The notes beneath the pieces are model-generated. The model ran no database searches. It worked only from the letters and a program-made list of their open reading frames with translations, and was not told where the DNA came from. DNA of 64,000 nucleotides, taken from assembly GCF_963921235.1 (NCBI RefSeq), contig NC_086108.1, positions 88,972,001 through 89,036,000 on the forward strand, written 5' to 3'. The DNA is from Mobula hypostoma (Eukaryota). This document shows positions 1 through 12,012 of this stretch, piece after piece (within the stretch, counting starts at the first letter, position 1; each line of letters begins with the position of its first letter). A program made the position numbers and the translations under genes.

Positions 1-56
1 TTTCCACGTTCAATGAGCAACTGCGTAGAAAACCACCTATCATTCAAAATCATTTA

Positions 57-1892
57 TAGAAACATAGAAACATAGAAAATAGGTGCAGGAGTAGGCCATT
101 CGGCCCTTCGAGCCTGCACCGCCATTTATTATGATCATGGCTGATCATCCAACTCAGAACCCCGCCCCAGCCTTCCCTCCATACCCCCTGACCCCTTTAG
201 CCACAAGGGCCATATCTAACTCCCTCTTAAATATAGCCAATAAACTGGCCTCAACTGTTTCCTGTGGCAGAGAATTCCACAGATTCACCACTCTCTGTGT
301 GAAGAAGTTTTTCCTAATCTCGGTCCTAAAAGGCTTCCCCTCTATCCTCAAACTGTGACCCCTCGTTCTGGACTTCCCCAACATCGGGAACAATCTTCCT
401 GCATCTAGCCTGTCCAATCCCTTTAGGATCTTATACGTTTCAATCAGATCCCCCCTCAATCTTCTAAATTCCAACTAGTACAAGCCCAATTCATCCAGTC
501 TTTCTTCATATGGAAGTCCCGCCATCCCAGGAATCAATCTGGTGAACCTTCTTTGTACTCCCTCTATGGCAAAGATGTCTTCCCTCAGATTAGGGGACCA
601 AAACTGCACACAATACTCCAGGTGTGGTCTCACCAAGGCCTTGTACAACTGCAGTAGTACCTCCCTGCTCCTGTACTCGAATCCTCTCGCTATAAATGCC
701 AGCATACCATTCGCCTTTTTCACCGCCTGCTGTACCTGCATGCCCACTTTCAATGACTGGTGTATAATGACACCCAGGTCTCGTTGCACCTCCCCTTTTC
801 CTAATCGGCCACCATTCAGATAATAATCTGTTTTCCTATTTTTGCCACCAAAGTGGATAACTTCACATTTATCCACATTAAATTGCATCTGCCATGAATT
901 TGCCCACTCACCCAACCTATCCAAGTCACCCTGCATCCTCTTAGCATCCTCCTCACTGCTAACACTGCCACCCAGCTTCGTGTCATCTGCAAACTTGGAG
1001 ATGCTGCATTTAATTCCCTCATCCAAGTCATTAATATATATTGTAAACAACTGGGGTCCCAGCACCGAGCCTTGCGGTACCCCACTAGTCACCGCCTGCC
1101 ATTCTGAAAAGGTCCCGTTTATTCCCACTCTTTGCTTCCTGTCTGCTAACCAATTCTCCACCCACACCAATACCTTACCCCCAATACCGTGTGCTTTAAG
1201 TTTGCACACTAATCTCCTGTGTGGGACCTTGTCAAAAGCCTTTTGAAAATCCAAATATACCACATCCACTGGTTCTCCCCTATCCACTCTACTAGTTACA
1301 TCCTCAAAAAATTCTATGAGATTCGTCAGACATGATTTTCCTTTCACAAATCCATGCTGACTTTGTCCGATCATTTCACCGCTTTCCAAATGTGCTGTTA
1401 TCACATCCTTGATAACTGACTCCAGCAGTTTCCCCACCACCGATGTTAGGCTAACCGGTCTATAATTCCCCGGTTTCTCTCTCCCTCCTTTTTTAAAAAG
1501 TGGGGTTACATTAGCCACCCTCCAATCCTCAGGAACTAGTCCAGAATCTAACGAGTTTTGAAAAATTATCACTAATGCATCCACTATTTCTTGGGCTACT
1601 TCTTTAAGCACTCTAGGATGCAGACCATCTGGCCCTGGGGATTTATCTGCCCTTCAATTTACCTAACACCACTTCCCTACTAACATGTATTTCGCTCAGT
1701 TCCTCCATCCCACTGGACCCTCTGTCCCTTACTATTTCTGGAAGATTATTTATGTCCTCCTTAGTGAAGACAGAACCAAAGTAACTATTCAATTGGTCTG
1801 CCATGTCTTTGCTCCCCATAATCAATTCACCTGTTTCTGTCTGCAGGGGACCTACATTTGTCTTTACCAGTCTTTTCCTTTTTACATATTTA
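57..1892 (-). mobile_element. CR1 LINE, 5'-truncated young copy (RT domain + 3' UTR)
   Basis: ORFs 475..1611 and 154..474 give CR1 RT motifs (NYRPVSLTS, QHGF, YLDFQKAFDKVPH, GVPQGSVLGP, KFADDTK, RPHLEYCVQFWSP). They are in the same frame, split by a single stop at 475-477, with a frameshift near 1650. The (TTCTATG)n-type tail is at 57-80. Confidence 0.96.
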
Positions 1893-3827
1893 TATTTCAC
1901 AAAGTCCATTCGATCTGTCATTGACTTGAATTTGGCAATTGGAATGAGTCTCAAATGTTCAAATTATCAAGTAATTCAAATGAAATGTCTTAGAATTCAG
2001 ACAAGAAAATTTCAGTGTAATATATCTTTTCCATCATTTCAATACAAGACTATTATACTCTTTGTCTGACTGAAGTGCACTCTGTTTTAATTATGACAGG
2101 CTCTTATTAATTTTTGATGCTTCATCTTCTTCTTACTAACATTATTTATTATATTTTATTAACTAATGCATATCCTAGTGGGGCCCACAGTATGATGTAG
2201 TAGGAGGTAAATTATAGGAATGAAGGCCATTTCTATCTCCCAATTTTGTCTGACAGGAAAATATTTGTCTACTTTTGAATTCATAATTTCACATTCTGCA
2301 GTAATTTGATTATTTGCTTTGAAAAAATGCTTTAACCTTTTATATGTGAAATCTATATTGCAATGCTTTGAGCAGATGTAGGTTTGCTTATTCAGTCTGT
2401 GGTGTGCTTGATAGAGTGTATTGAGAGTTATCAAGGCATAAACTACCTCGCAGACACAGACAATGTAGTTTAATTCGTCTGAAAAAGTGTGCAAAGATTT
2501 ATCACACTAGAATTTATTTATGTGAGATCAAAGTCATTTATATAAAATTGCCAGATAACTTGAGTGGTTGAGATTCATTCCAATTGCTTAATTCAAATTA
2601 TTATACCATTCGAATTAACGAATTGGGAAATAAAATAGTTTTGAATTATTAGTAGACTATATTTTTCTGTATCCACATTGTGCAGAAATTGAATGCATAA
2701 TTGGGAAGCAGTGAAGGCATCTATATTATTCAAAAGTGTGACAAAATTCAATTTTGAATTTAATAGTTAAGCAGAAATATAAAATAAATATTCCCCAATA
2801 TACTTTGTACAAAAAAAGGTCTAGGTAGTAATTTTCTCATGGAAAAGATCACTGCAACTCAATTACGTTTGTGACATTTATTGCCCTTTACTGGTGAAGG
2901 AACCACTAACACCTTTGAGATAGCATGTTAATTATAATTCTCTCACTCTAGTATGGACGATACTGTGGTTGTTCACAGCAGGAAAAGGTCCCTGAATTAA
3001 TGTGATTAATTGACCTACATCTGAATTTACAACGGCTGTGGCAGCTCACAGCTTCACTCAACCAACATGCTGTTCTGGGTTAACTGCAAATTTAGTTAAG
3101 TTAAATAGTAAGTTGCGTATTTATATTTAGACCCTCTGATAGCCTGGCAAAAAGTCAACTACAATAAACCTGAAGAGTTCTCCGCTTCAGACCTAAGAAT
3201 TTCTACACTTAATAGAAGTTTGTAACTCTATTAGAGAGAGAGAAAAAAAAACGTCCAATACATTGGAATAATTTTCACCTTCATTTTGTGGATGGTAATT
3301 GGATGGAAAAATGCACCACTCTCTTGCAGAATCTGACAATCAACGACCTCAAAATGGCGCTTGAAACAAGGTAAGTAATGGAAAAGGGAAGACACATGAT
3401 ATCCTGAGATTCAACTGTGTGAATGTATAAGAGACAGCTGCAGTTTTAGGCGATACCATCAGCTAAAAGTTCTGCATGTAGATGGTTAACTAGCCTGTTC
3501 CCAAGGCAAATCCACAGCAAATTTCCATTACTCCATGTAATGTTCCACAAAACACAACACAGACAATGAGGCACAACACCAATCAAATGACAATGCCTTT
3601 CAGATTACTGTAATTAGACACTTCTCAATAATATTGAAAATGATCTGGGTTATTTTCATTCTATAAAGTGAAGTTAATTAATTCAGCCTCTTACTAACCC
3701 ATATATCCCATCCTATTGGTCTGTAAAGTGGTAAAAGGAGTTATCACTAAGTTTGTGATGCTTGAATTAGATTTCAAACAGCATGAATTAACTTCAGTTT
3801 TCACTTTGTGCATGTGGACTTCAACTT

Positions 3828-3995
3828 GATAGAACATAGAACATAGAACAATTCAGAACAGTACAGTCCATGATGTTGTGCCAACTTTTAACCTAGTCAG
3901 TGATCAATCTAACCCTTCCCCCCGCACAACCCATAACCCTACACTTTACTTTATCTATGTGCCTATCTAAGAGTCTCTTAAATGTCCCTAACGTA
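3828..3995 (-). mobile_element. CR1 3'-end fragment
   Basis: (TAGAACA)n tail followed by typical CR1 3' UTR sequence. Confidence 0.7.
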
Positions 3996-4184
3996 TAGAA
4001 CATTCATAAGGAATGTGAAAGTAGTTGCCCAATATTGGGTGAGTTACTGGCTAAACTGTATTGCTTTGGTTTAAGCCCAAGCTAATAGATTTTTATGGGT
4101 TTGGTCATCTCAATATCTATAAGGGTACAGGCTAATTCAAATACCTCCATTTTCCACAACATCAAGTTAGATAAAATTGTTTTA

Positions 4185-4310
4185 AGATATAGGAGCAGAA
4201 TTAGACTATTTGGCCCATCAAGTCTGTTCCACCATTCAATCAAAGCTGATTCTTTTTTTCTCATATCATTCTCTCACCTTTTCCCCATAACATTTAACAC
4301 TTTCATCAAT
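4185..4310 (-). mobile_element. CR1 3'-end fragment
   Basis: ataggagcagaattag...ggcccatcaagtctg resembles the 3' ends at 80-130 and 19225-19270. Confidence 0.65.
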
Positions 4311-4599
4311 AAATTATGCCTTTCCGTCTTGTTTGTGGATCAGAATATTGTTCTTTTGATAAGTGCCATCATGAGCATTTCTAATCACCTTGAAAGAAGT
4401 GGGATGCATCAAATACAAATTGTTAATCTTCCCTTTTCACAAACAGAAGCAAGCAGATAGAGTTCCAGCCAAAATCAAGAATTTCAATCTGTATTTTTCT
4501 TATACATGACAGAGAAGAAATAAACCACTCATTTTGCTTCCCTTTCAGCCTACTTAATTTTGGCAATAACTTTTTTTTTCCAAATTCGTCCAGCTACAG

Positions 4600-5960
4600 A
4601 CACTAATCCATAGCAGAGGTTATAATCTCAGCCAACTCCATCAAAAGCTCTAGCCTCCACATCATCAACGACATCTTCAAAAGATCCACTCACAAAATGC
4701 TGGAGGAACTCAGCAGGTCCCAGGCAGCATCTATGGAAAAGAGTACAGCTGAGACCTTTCATCAGGAATGGAGAAAAAAGATGAGGTCAGAATAGGAAAG
4801 TGGGGGAGGGGAGGGATGGAAGAAATACAAGGTGATAGGTAAAACAGGGAGAGAGAGGGGAGGAGGCGGAGTAAAGAGCTGAGAAGTGGATTGGTGAAAG
4901 AGATACAGGACTGGAGAAGGGGGAATATGATCAGAGAGGGTAGAGAACCATGGAAGAAAAAGGAGCAGCACTAGAGGGAGCTGATGGGCAAGTAGGAGAT
5001 GTGGCGAGAGAGGGAAACAGGAATGGGAAATGGTGAAAAGGGGTGGGTCAATCACTGGAAGTTTGAGATATCGACATTCATGCCATCAGGTTGGGGGTTA
5101 CCCAGACGTAATATAAGCTGTTGCTTCCCTAACCTGAGTGTGGCCTTATTATGACAGTAGAGAAGGCCACGGACTGACATGTTGGCATGAGAATGGGAAG
5201 TAGAACTAAAATGAGTGGGTACCAGGAGATCCCACTTTTTCCTGATGGGCAGAGAGCAGGTGCTCAGCGAAATGGTCTCCCAATCTACTTCGGGTCTCAC
5301 TGATATACAGGAGGCCACACCGGGAGCACCGGATACAGTAGAAGACCACAACAGACTCACAGGTGAAATGTCGCCTCACCTGGAAGGATTGTTTGGGGCC
5401 CTGAGTGGTAGTGAGGGAGGAGGTATAGGGGGTTGTGAGTCACTTGTTCTACTTGCAAGGATAAGTACCAAGAGCGAGGTCAGTCAGGAGGAACGAATAT
5501 ATAAGGGAGTTGAACAGGGAGTGATCCCTGCAGAAAGTGGAAAGTGGGGGAGGGAATGATGGGCTTAATGGTGGGATTCCATTGGAGGTGGCGGAATTTA
5601 CAACGAATTATGATCTGGACACGGTGGCTAGTGTGGTGGTAGGTGAGGACAAGAGGAACTCTATTCCTGGTGTGGAGGTGGAAGGATGGGGTAAGGGCGA
5701 TGTGCATGAAATGGAAAAGATATGGATGAGGGCAGCGTTGACGGTGGAGGAAGGAAAGCCCTTTCTTTGAAGAAGGAGGACACCTCAGTTGTTCTGAAAC
5801 AAAAAGCCTCATCCTGAGTGCAGATGCAGTGGAAACAGAGGAACTAAGATAATGGGATGACATTGTCACGTGATTTTTACATCTTCAAAAGATGATGCCT
5901 CAGAAAGGTGGCATAAATCATTAAGAAATCCCACCAACCAGAACATACCCTCTTGTCAGC
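4600..5960 (+). mobile_element. Old Rex1/Babar-like 3' fragment interrupted by a PLE (host parts ~4600-4685 and 5879-5960)
   Basis: The joined flanks read as a degenerate Rex-type C-terminus (…DIFKR.CL.K.A.IIK.P..P.H.LFS-like). Confidence 0.55.
4686..5878 (-). mobile_element. Penelope-like element, 5'-truncated, with 15-bp TSD
   Basis: Degenerate linker/GIY-YIG translation (RVPLVLTYH; HFSSTSHSHANMSVRGLLYCHNKATLRLGKQQLILRLG) and pLTR end at 4686-4770. ACATCTTCAAAAGAT occurs at both 4671-4685 and 5879-5893. Confidence 0.88.
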
Positions 5961-6044
5961 ATCACCATAATCGTCATTGCATACATACCATATACGGACG
6001 TGTTTGTGTGTGTTATTTATTTATTATTGTAATTGGCAGTATAT

Positions 6045-6145
6045 TTATGATGAAGGGTCTTGGCTAGAAATGTCAAATGTTGACTATTTATTCATTTCTA
6101 TAGATGTTGCCTGACCTGCTGAGTTCTTCTGGCATTTTGTGTGTC
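6045..6145 (+). mobile_element. PLE terminal (pLTR) fragment with degenerate hammerhead
   Basis: tgatgaagggtcttggctagaaatgtc...gatgttgcctgacctgctgagttc matches other PLE ends in the window. Confidence 0.65.
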
Positions 6146-6244
6146 TTGCTGGGTACATTTTATGCATTGCTCTGTAATGCTGCTATAAAGCAACACATTT
6201 CACAACAGTCAGTGATATAAACCTGATTCTGAAACTGATTCTAT

Positions 6245-6932
6245 TCAAGTAAATGTATTATCAAAGTAGATATGTATCACCATATACAACCCTGAGAATC
6301 AATTTCTTGTGGGCATACTCAATAAATCTATAGAATAATAACCATACCACAATCAGTGAAAAACGACCCAACTTGGGCATCAATCAGAGTGCAGAAGAAA
6401 ACAAACTGCAAATACAAAAAGAAAGAAATAATAATAATAATAAATAAATAAGTAATAAATATCAAGAACATAAAATGAAAGAGTTCTTGAAAGTCAGTCC
6501 ATTGTTTATGGGAACATTTTAATGATGGGACAAGTGAAGTTGAGTAAAGTTACCCCTTTGCTTCAAGAGCCTGATGGGTGAGGGGTAGTAACTGTTCCTG
6601 AACCTGGGGTGTGAGTCCTGATGTCAAGACACCATGTCTTGGGTGATGAGTGTCCTTGATGATGGCTGCTGATTTCTTACGAAAGTGTTTCATGTAGATG
6701 AGCTCAGTGGTGGGAGAAGGCTTTACCCATGGTGGACTGGGCCATATCCACTACTTTTTGTGGAATTTTCCTTCAAGAGCATTGTTACTTCCATGCCAGC
6801 AGTGATGCAGCCAGTGAAAACACTGTATACTAACATCAATAGTAGCTAACCAAAGCTTTAGACGTCATGCTGAATCTTCACAAACTCCTAAGGAAGTATA
6901 GGCACAGCCGTGCTTTTTTCATAATTACACTA
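6245..6932 (-). mobile_element. Rex1/Babar LINE 3' portion, degenerate
   Basis: 3' UTR is homologous to 62247-62580 and 42512-42830, and continues into degenerate C-terminal coding sequence. Confidence 0.75.
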
Positions 6933-7261
6933 GCATCACGTTCCGGCTCATGTACTGCAGTATTTCTTCTCAGACTCTGACTATCGATGGGATTCCTGTA
7001 TTCATGGCCGAGAATGTCAATGATTGTCAAGTCACTGTTCCTTCATCATACCTGTAGAAGGGAAAACTGAAATCACCTGTAAACCAGTCTCCTTCCAACT
7101 TGCAGCCCCTCAGATAATGAAACAATCGATTCCTGAGTGCAGCAAGACCCGGAAAGCCTTCAGACATTTCGCCCAACTGCCGTCTAACTATCTACATTTA
7201 TATTTAATGCCCCAGTAGCAGAACCCTGAGACCCACATTGATTAGAAACAGAGTATCCACA

Positions 7262-7606
7262 GGACATGGTTGGACAATAGTGATGTTACTGGCCTGGCAG
7301 CCACAGTTCTGGATTATTGATCCATGTATTGAATTTCACCATGTCAAATGGGTGGGGGGAGGTGTTTAAGTTCAAATATTGAAGTCAATCTGGAACTAAA
7401 AATAAAGAAAAACTAGTAACAATTACTCTATTATCAGATTACTGTAAATGCCCATCTGCATTGGGAAAAAAAAATCTGCAGTTTTTAGGCATTGGGACTT
7501 TATGTGGCTATAGGTCAGCAGCACCTTCCTCTGTTCAGGACAATGAGGGATGGACATCACTTGCAAGTGTTGTCGGTGAAGTCCCCATACTGTGAGGAAA
7601 TAAACT
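7262..7606 (+). mobile_element. Ancient SINE, probably a tRNA-derived elasmobranch family (name uncertain)
   Basis: Homologous segments at 21490-21840 (+), 27040-27160 (-) and 40690-40779/42104-42300 (-). It ends in gggatgg...cacttgc...cccat...aataaa. Confidence 0.5.
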
Positions 7607-7692
7607 AAAGTCTCAGCACAGGAAACATTTCATCTCTCTGCACAGTACACGCTATCAGTGTAATGGAACAGTTTACACTTACCTAGATGAGT

Positions 7693-8994
7693 GAATTTGA
7701 ATTCATTTATTTAAATCTTACATCCATCCCACAACGTGAGAGAGTAAAAATCTTTGTGTTATGTCTCCGTTACAATGTACTGCCATGTGAATTTATAAGT
7801 CTAATGGCTTGTAGAAAGAAGCTCCCCCCCCCCCCGGTAGCTTGTTGGTCCTTCCTTTAATGTTGAGGTACCGTTTGCCAGACAGAAGCGGCTGAAACAG
7901 TTTATGGTTGGGGTGACTGGTGTCCCTGATGATCTTCCAGGTCTTCTTTATGCACCTGCTGCTATAAATGTCCTCAATGGAGGGAAGTTCATGTCAACAG
8001 ATGTGCTGGGCTGTCCGTAACACTCTCTGCAGTGCCCAGTGATCAAGGTTGGTGCAGTTCCCATACCAGGCGGCGATACAGCCAGTCAGGATGCTCTGAA
8101 TGGTGCCCCTGTGGAAGGTCTTGAGGATTTGGTGGCCAATGCTGAACACCTTCAGTCGCCTATGGTAGAAGAGATGCTGTTGTGCTTTTTTTTTTGCCAG
8201 ACAGTCGGAGAGTACAGTACAGATGGGATCATTGGGGATGTGTATACTGAGGAACTTGAAGCTACTCATCCTCTTAACTGCAGACCCATTGAGCCTGTCT
8301 CCATTACTCCTGTTATCCACAATCAGCTCCTTTGTTTTTTGGACATTGAGGGAGAAGCTGTTATCTTGGCACCACTGTGTCAGGGTGTCAACCTCTCCAC
8401 TGTAGGCTGTCACTGCTAGAAATAAGGCCAATCAATGATGTGTCACCTGCAAATTTGATTAGAAGATTGGAGCTGTGGGAGGCAGCACAGTCGTGGGTGT
8501 AAAGGGAGTAGTGGAGGAGACACAGGACACAACTCTGGGGGGAACCTCCGTTGAGGGTTAGAGGGGCAGAAGTGATGGAGCCCATCCTTACCACCTGTTG
8601 GTGATCCAATAGGAAGTCCACAATCCAGCTGCACAAGACAGAGTGAAAGCTGAGGTCTCTGAGCTTCCTGTCAAGTCTGGAGGGAATTATGGTGTTGAAT
8701 GCTGAACTATAGTCCAGGAACAGCATTCTAATGTATGCATCCCTCTTCTCCAGGTGAGTGAGGATGGTGTGTAGTGCTGTGGCTATGGTGCTGTTGGTAG
8801 ACCGGTTCGTCAGTAGGCAAATTGTAGGGGGTCTAGTGCGGGTGGTAGCATGCTGCAGATGTAGTCTTTAACCAGCCTCTCAAAGTATTTGCTTATTATT
8901 GGGGTTAGTGCTACAAGGCGCCGATCATTCAGGCATGCTACCTTGGTATTCTTAGATACAGGGATAATGATGGATGATTTGAAACAGGAGGCAC
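7693..8994 (-). mobile_element. Rex1/Babar LINE, 5'-truncated, frameshifted RT
   Basis: ORF pieces [82 protein letters not shown]. Confidence 0.9.
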
Positions 8995-10097
8995 TACACA
9001 GTGCAGGCCCAATATAACAAAAACTTGTTATGACCCTGATCAAAACAGTTTCGTCAATTAACATTCCATGTACCATCCTAAGCATTTGCTCCCTCTTCCT
9101 GTAATGCACGTTTTACACAATTCACTGTGGCAAGACACTAAAGACTCTATTCAAGTATGTAACATCTTCCATGAAAGAGCAAGCGAGAGGCAAATGGGTT
9201 CACCAGCTGTAAAACTGTCATCCTGATTTAGTCTCACATTACAGTTCCTTCATTTTTCCCTACGAACTGGTGATCACTATCCAACTGCCATGTTTAGCAT
9301 CAGTAGTTCAAAGAGATAGCTCAACACCATCTTAAAACAATTCTGGTGTGTGATTCATTCTGGGAGGGCACTCAAACCTGAATAAATCTTTTAAATCTGA
9401 GTCATTTTAGTTCAAAGCACAATTCTACTGTACACCAAGATAACCACTGCCATCATGAATGGATGTCTATTAAACAAAATTCAAGGGAATGAGTGTATTT
9501 AGTCATGGGACTTAGAGGAAAGTTAAATATAGAATCGTAGAATAGAAGGGCTGTGCACAGAAGGAGGTAATTTAGCTCACTGAGGCCAAGTTGCTTGTAG
9601 AGAAAGTGCCATTCCTCTGCTATTTCCTTGTAAATTATTTTCCACCAACTATCCAATTACCCCTTGAAATCTCTATGTTTCTGCCTCATTAACAGACAAT
9701 GAGTTCCAGATTATAAGTTATCTCTGTGTAAGCATAAAGTCAAGTAAAATTTGTTTTCAGCACATGGTTGAAGCTACTACCATTTTGAGTATTCTATAAT
9801 TTACTGCTTTAAGGTTCAGTACACTTCCACTACATCCTGTCCTCTAAGTAGCTAGGTGGCAGGAAAATTGGTTGGGGAGAAGGGCAGTTAATGGGCATTT
9901 GAGGGAGCACAGGAAATGGGCTTGTTCTGAGAGCAAGCATAGACTCAAAGAGCTGCATAGCCTCTTTCTGTGTTGTAAGGATGTTCAAAATATGAGGAAG
10001 GATGTGATAGCGCTACAGAGTATGCAGAGGAGATTTCCAAGTGTGCTACAAAGGCTGAAGGGTTACAGTTATGCTGACCATCTTGCACCTATTTATT

Positions 10098-11106
10098 ATA
10101 GAAACATAGAAACGTAGAAAATAGGTGCAGGAGTAGGCCATTCGGCCCTTCGAGCCTGCACTGCCATTCAGTATGATCATGGTTGATCATCCAACTCAGA
10201 ACCCTGTACCTGCCTTCTCTCCATACCCCCTGATCCCTTTAGCCACAAGGGCCATATCTAACTCCCTCTTAAATATAGCCAATGAACTGGACTCAACTGT
10301 TTCCTGTGCCAGAGAATGCCACAGATTCACCACTCTCTGTGTGAAGAAGTTTTTCCTCATCTCAGTCCTAAAAGGCTTCCCCTTTATCCTCAAACTGTGA
10401 CCCCTCGTTCTCGACTTCCCCAACATCGGGAACAATCTTCCTGCATCTAGCCTGTCCAATCCCTTTAGGATTTTATACGTTTCAATAAGATCCCCCCTCA
10501 ATCTTCTAAATTCCAATGAGTATAAGCCTAGTCGATCCAATCTTTCATCATATGAAAGTCCTGCCATCCCAGGAATCAATCTGGTAAACCTTCTTTGTAC
10601 TCCCTCTATGGCAAGAATGTCTTTCCTCAGATTAGGGGACCAAAACTGCACACAATACTCCAGGTGTGGTCTCACCAAGGCCTTGTACAACTACAGTAGT
10701 ACCTCCATGCTCCTGTACTCGAATCCTCCTGCTATGAATGCCAGCGTACCATTCGCCTTTTTCACCGCCTGCTGTACCTGCATGCCCACTTTCAATGACT
10801 AGTGTACAATGACACCCAGGTCTCGTTGCACCTCCCCTTTTCCTAATCGGCCACCATTCAGATAATAATCTGTTTCCCTGTTTTTGCCACCAAAGTGGAT
10901 AACCTCACACTTATCCACATTAAATTGCATCTGCCATGAATTTGCCCACTCACCTAACCTATCCAAGTTACCCTGCATCCTCTTAGCATCCTCCTCACAG
11001 CTAACACTGCCGCCCAGCTTCATGTCATCCATAAACTTGGAGATGCTGCATTTAATTCCCTCGTCTAAGTCATTAATATATATTGTAAACAACTGTGGTC
11101 CCAGCA
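10098..11106 (-). mobile_element. CR1 LINE, 5'-truncated, same subfamily as 57-1892
   Basis: Near-identical to 57-1065; ORFs 10196..10690 and 10799..11107. Confidence 0.96.
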
Positions 11107-11314
11107 TTATATCCTATTTACCGGCACTTGGTCTGTAGCCTACCGATATATTGGAAATTTTGCTGCTCATTTAGATGCCCCTTCAATATTCCAATTGTAT
11201 CTGTCTCCATTTCCTTCTCAGTTCCACACTGCAACACACCTCAGGTGAAAATAATCTTTCATCAGATCTTTGCTGAACTTATCCTGCACTTTAAAGTTAT
11301 CCTGAACTTATCCT

Positions 11315-11348
11315 GTCCTGACGAAGGGTCTCGGCCTGAAACGTTGAC
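11315..11348 (+). ncRNA. Minimal type I hammerhead ribozyme motif
   Basis: GTC-CTGACGA-AGG(GTCTCGG)CCT-GAA-ACGT-T-GAC: both core boxes, stem II, palindromic ACGU in place of stem III, GUU cleavage triplet and a 3-bp stem I. Confidence 0.75.
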
Positions 11349-11408
11349 TGTACCTCTTCCTAGAGATGCTGCCTGGCCTGCTGCGTTCACCAGCAACTTT
11401 GATGTGTG
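11315..11408 (+). mobile_element. Solo PLE 3' end (~95 bp)
   Basis: Almost identical to 31164-31257 and 54388-54478. Confidence 0.9.
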
Positions 11409-11704
11409 CTGTACTTTAAACCTACACCTTCTGGTTTTAGTTATTTCTGCCACAAGAAAAATGTTGCTATTATCCACCTTGTCGATGCTCCCTGTCATAA
11501 TTTTATCAATTAGGTCCACATTTGGACTCCCTCACTCTAAGGAAAACAAACCTAGTCTATACAGAGCTTCCTTGTAACTAAAACATTCCATCTGAAGCAA
11601 CATGCTGGTGAATCTCTCTGCATATTTTTCATTTATGATAGGCCAAGTTGTCTCAAATGCTGCAAAATTCTAAAATTCAACGACATAGATAGGACAGAGC
11701 GATC

Positions 11705-12012
11705 CTTTTGGATCAGGACTACAGACCGTCATGGGAGCTGAATTCTGAAGGAAGGCAGTTTGTTTAAAAACTTCTTCGAGTGCAAGGAGGACGAGACTGC
11801 GCAGGCGCATGACGTCAACAGGACAACGCGGAGGGTTTAAAAAGGAAGGTTGCTACCAACGGCTGTCTTTTGGATTCGGACTACAGAGCGTCGTGGGAGC
11901 TGAATTCTGAAGGAAGGCAGTTTGTTTAAAAACTTCTTTGAGTGCCAGGAGGATGAGACTGCGCAGGCGCGTGACGTCAACAGGGCAGCGCGGAGAGTTT
12001 AAAAAGGAAGGT
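11705..12012 (+). repeat. Two 146-bp direct monomers (11705-11850, 11867-12012) at the CR1 5' end
   Basis: Direct alignment with period 162. Each contains TGCGCAGGCGC, TGACGTCA and TTTAAAAA. Confidence 0.92.
11798..11843 (+). promoter_or_regulatory. Putative promoter module: NRF1-like site, CRE and TATA-like element (second copy 11960-12005)
   Basis: TGCGCAGGCGCA at 11798-11809 abuts TGACGTCA at 11810-11817, with TTTAAAAA ~20 bp downstream. Motif match only. Confidence 0.45.

Larger units (their letters stand above)
11107..11622 (-). mobile_element. Old CR1 3' fragment (host for the young CR1 and a solo PLE end; also ~10070-10097)
   Basis: Degenerate CR1 C-terminus (LIDKIMTGSIDKVD..IFLVAEITKTRRCRFKV; cactctaaggaaaacaaacctagtct; ggtgaatctctctgca). 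Confidence 0.7.

Noticed and set aside
542..1246. Plus-strand ORFs over CR1 copies (also 10608-11138, 19336-20351, and minus-strand 58727-59365)
   Set aside because: Antisense shadows of CR1 ORF2, not genes.
11095..11577. 160-aa ORF and the recurring peptide HTSKLLVNAAGQAASLGRG
   Set aside because: Translation of non-coding PLE ends in several copies.
11705..12012. Direct repeats as a CRISPR array or LTR pair
   Set aside because: Eukaryotic context, only two long units, no spacers or cas genes, and no TG...CA ends or internal domain.
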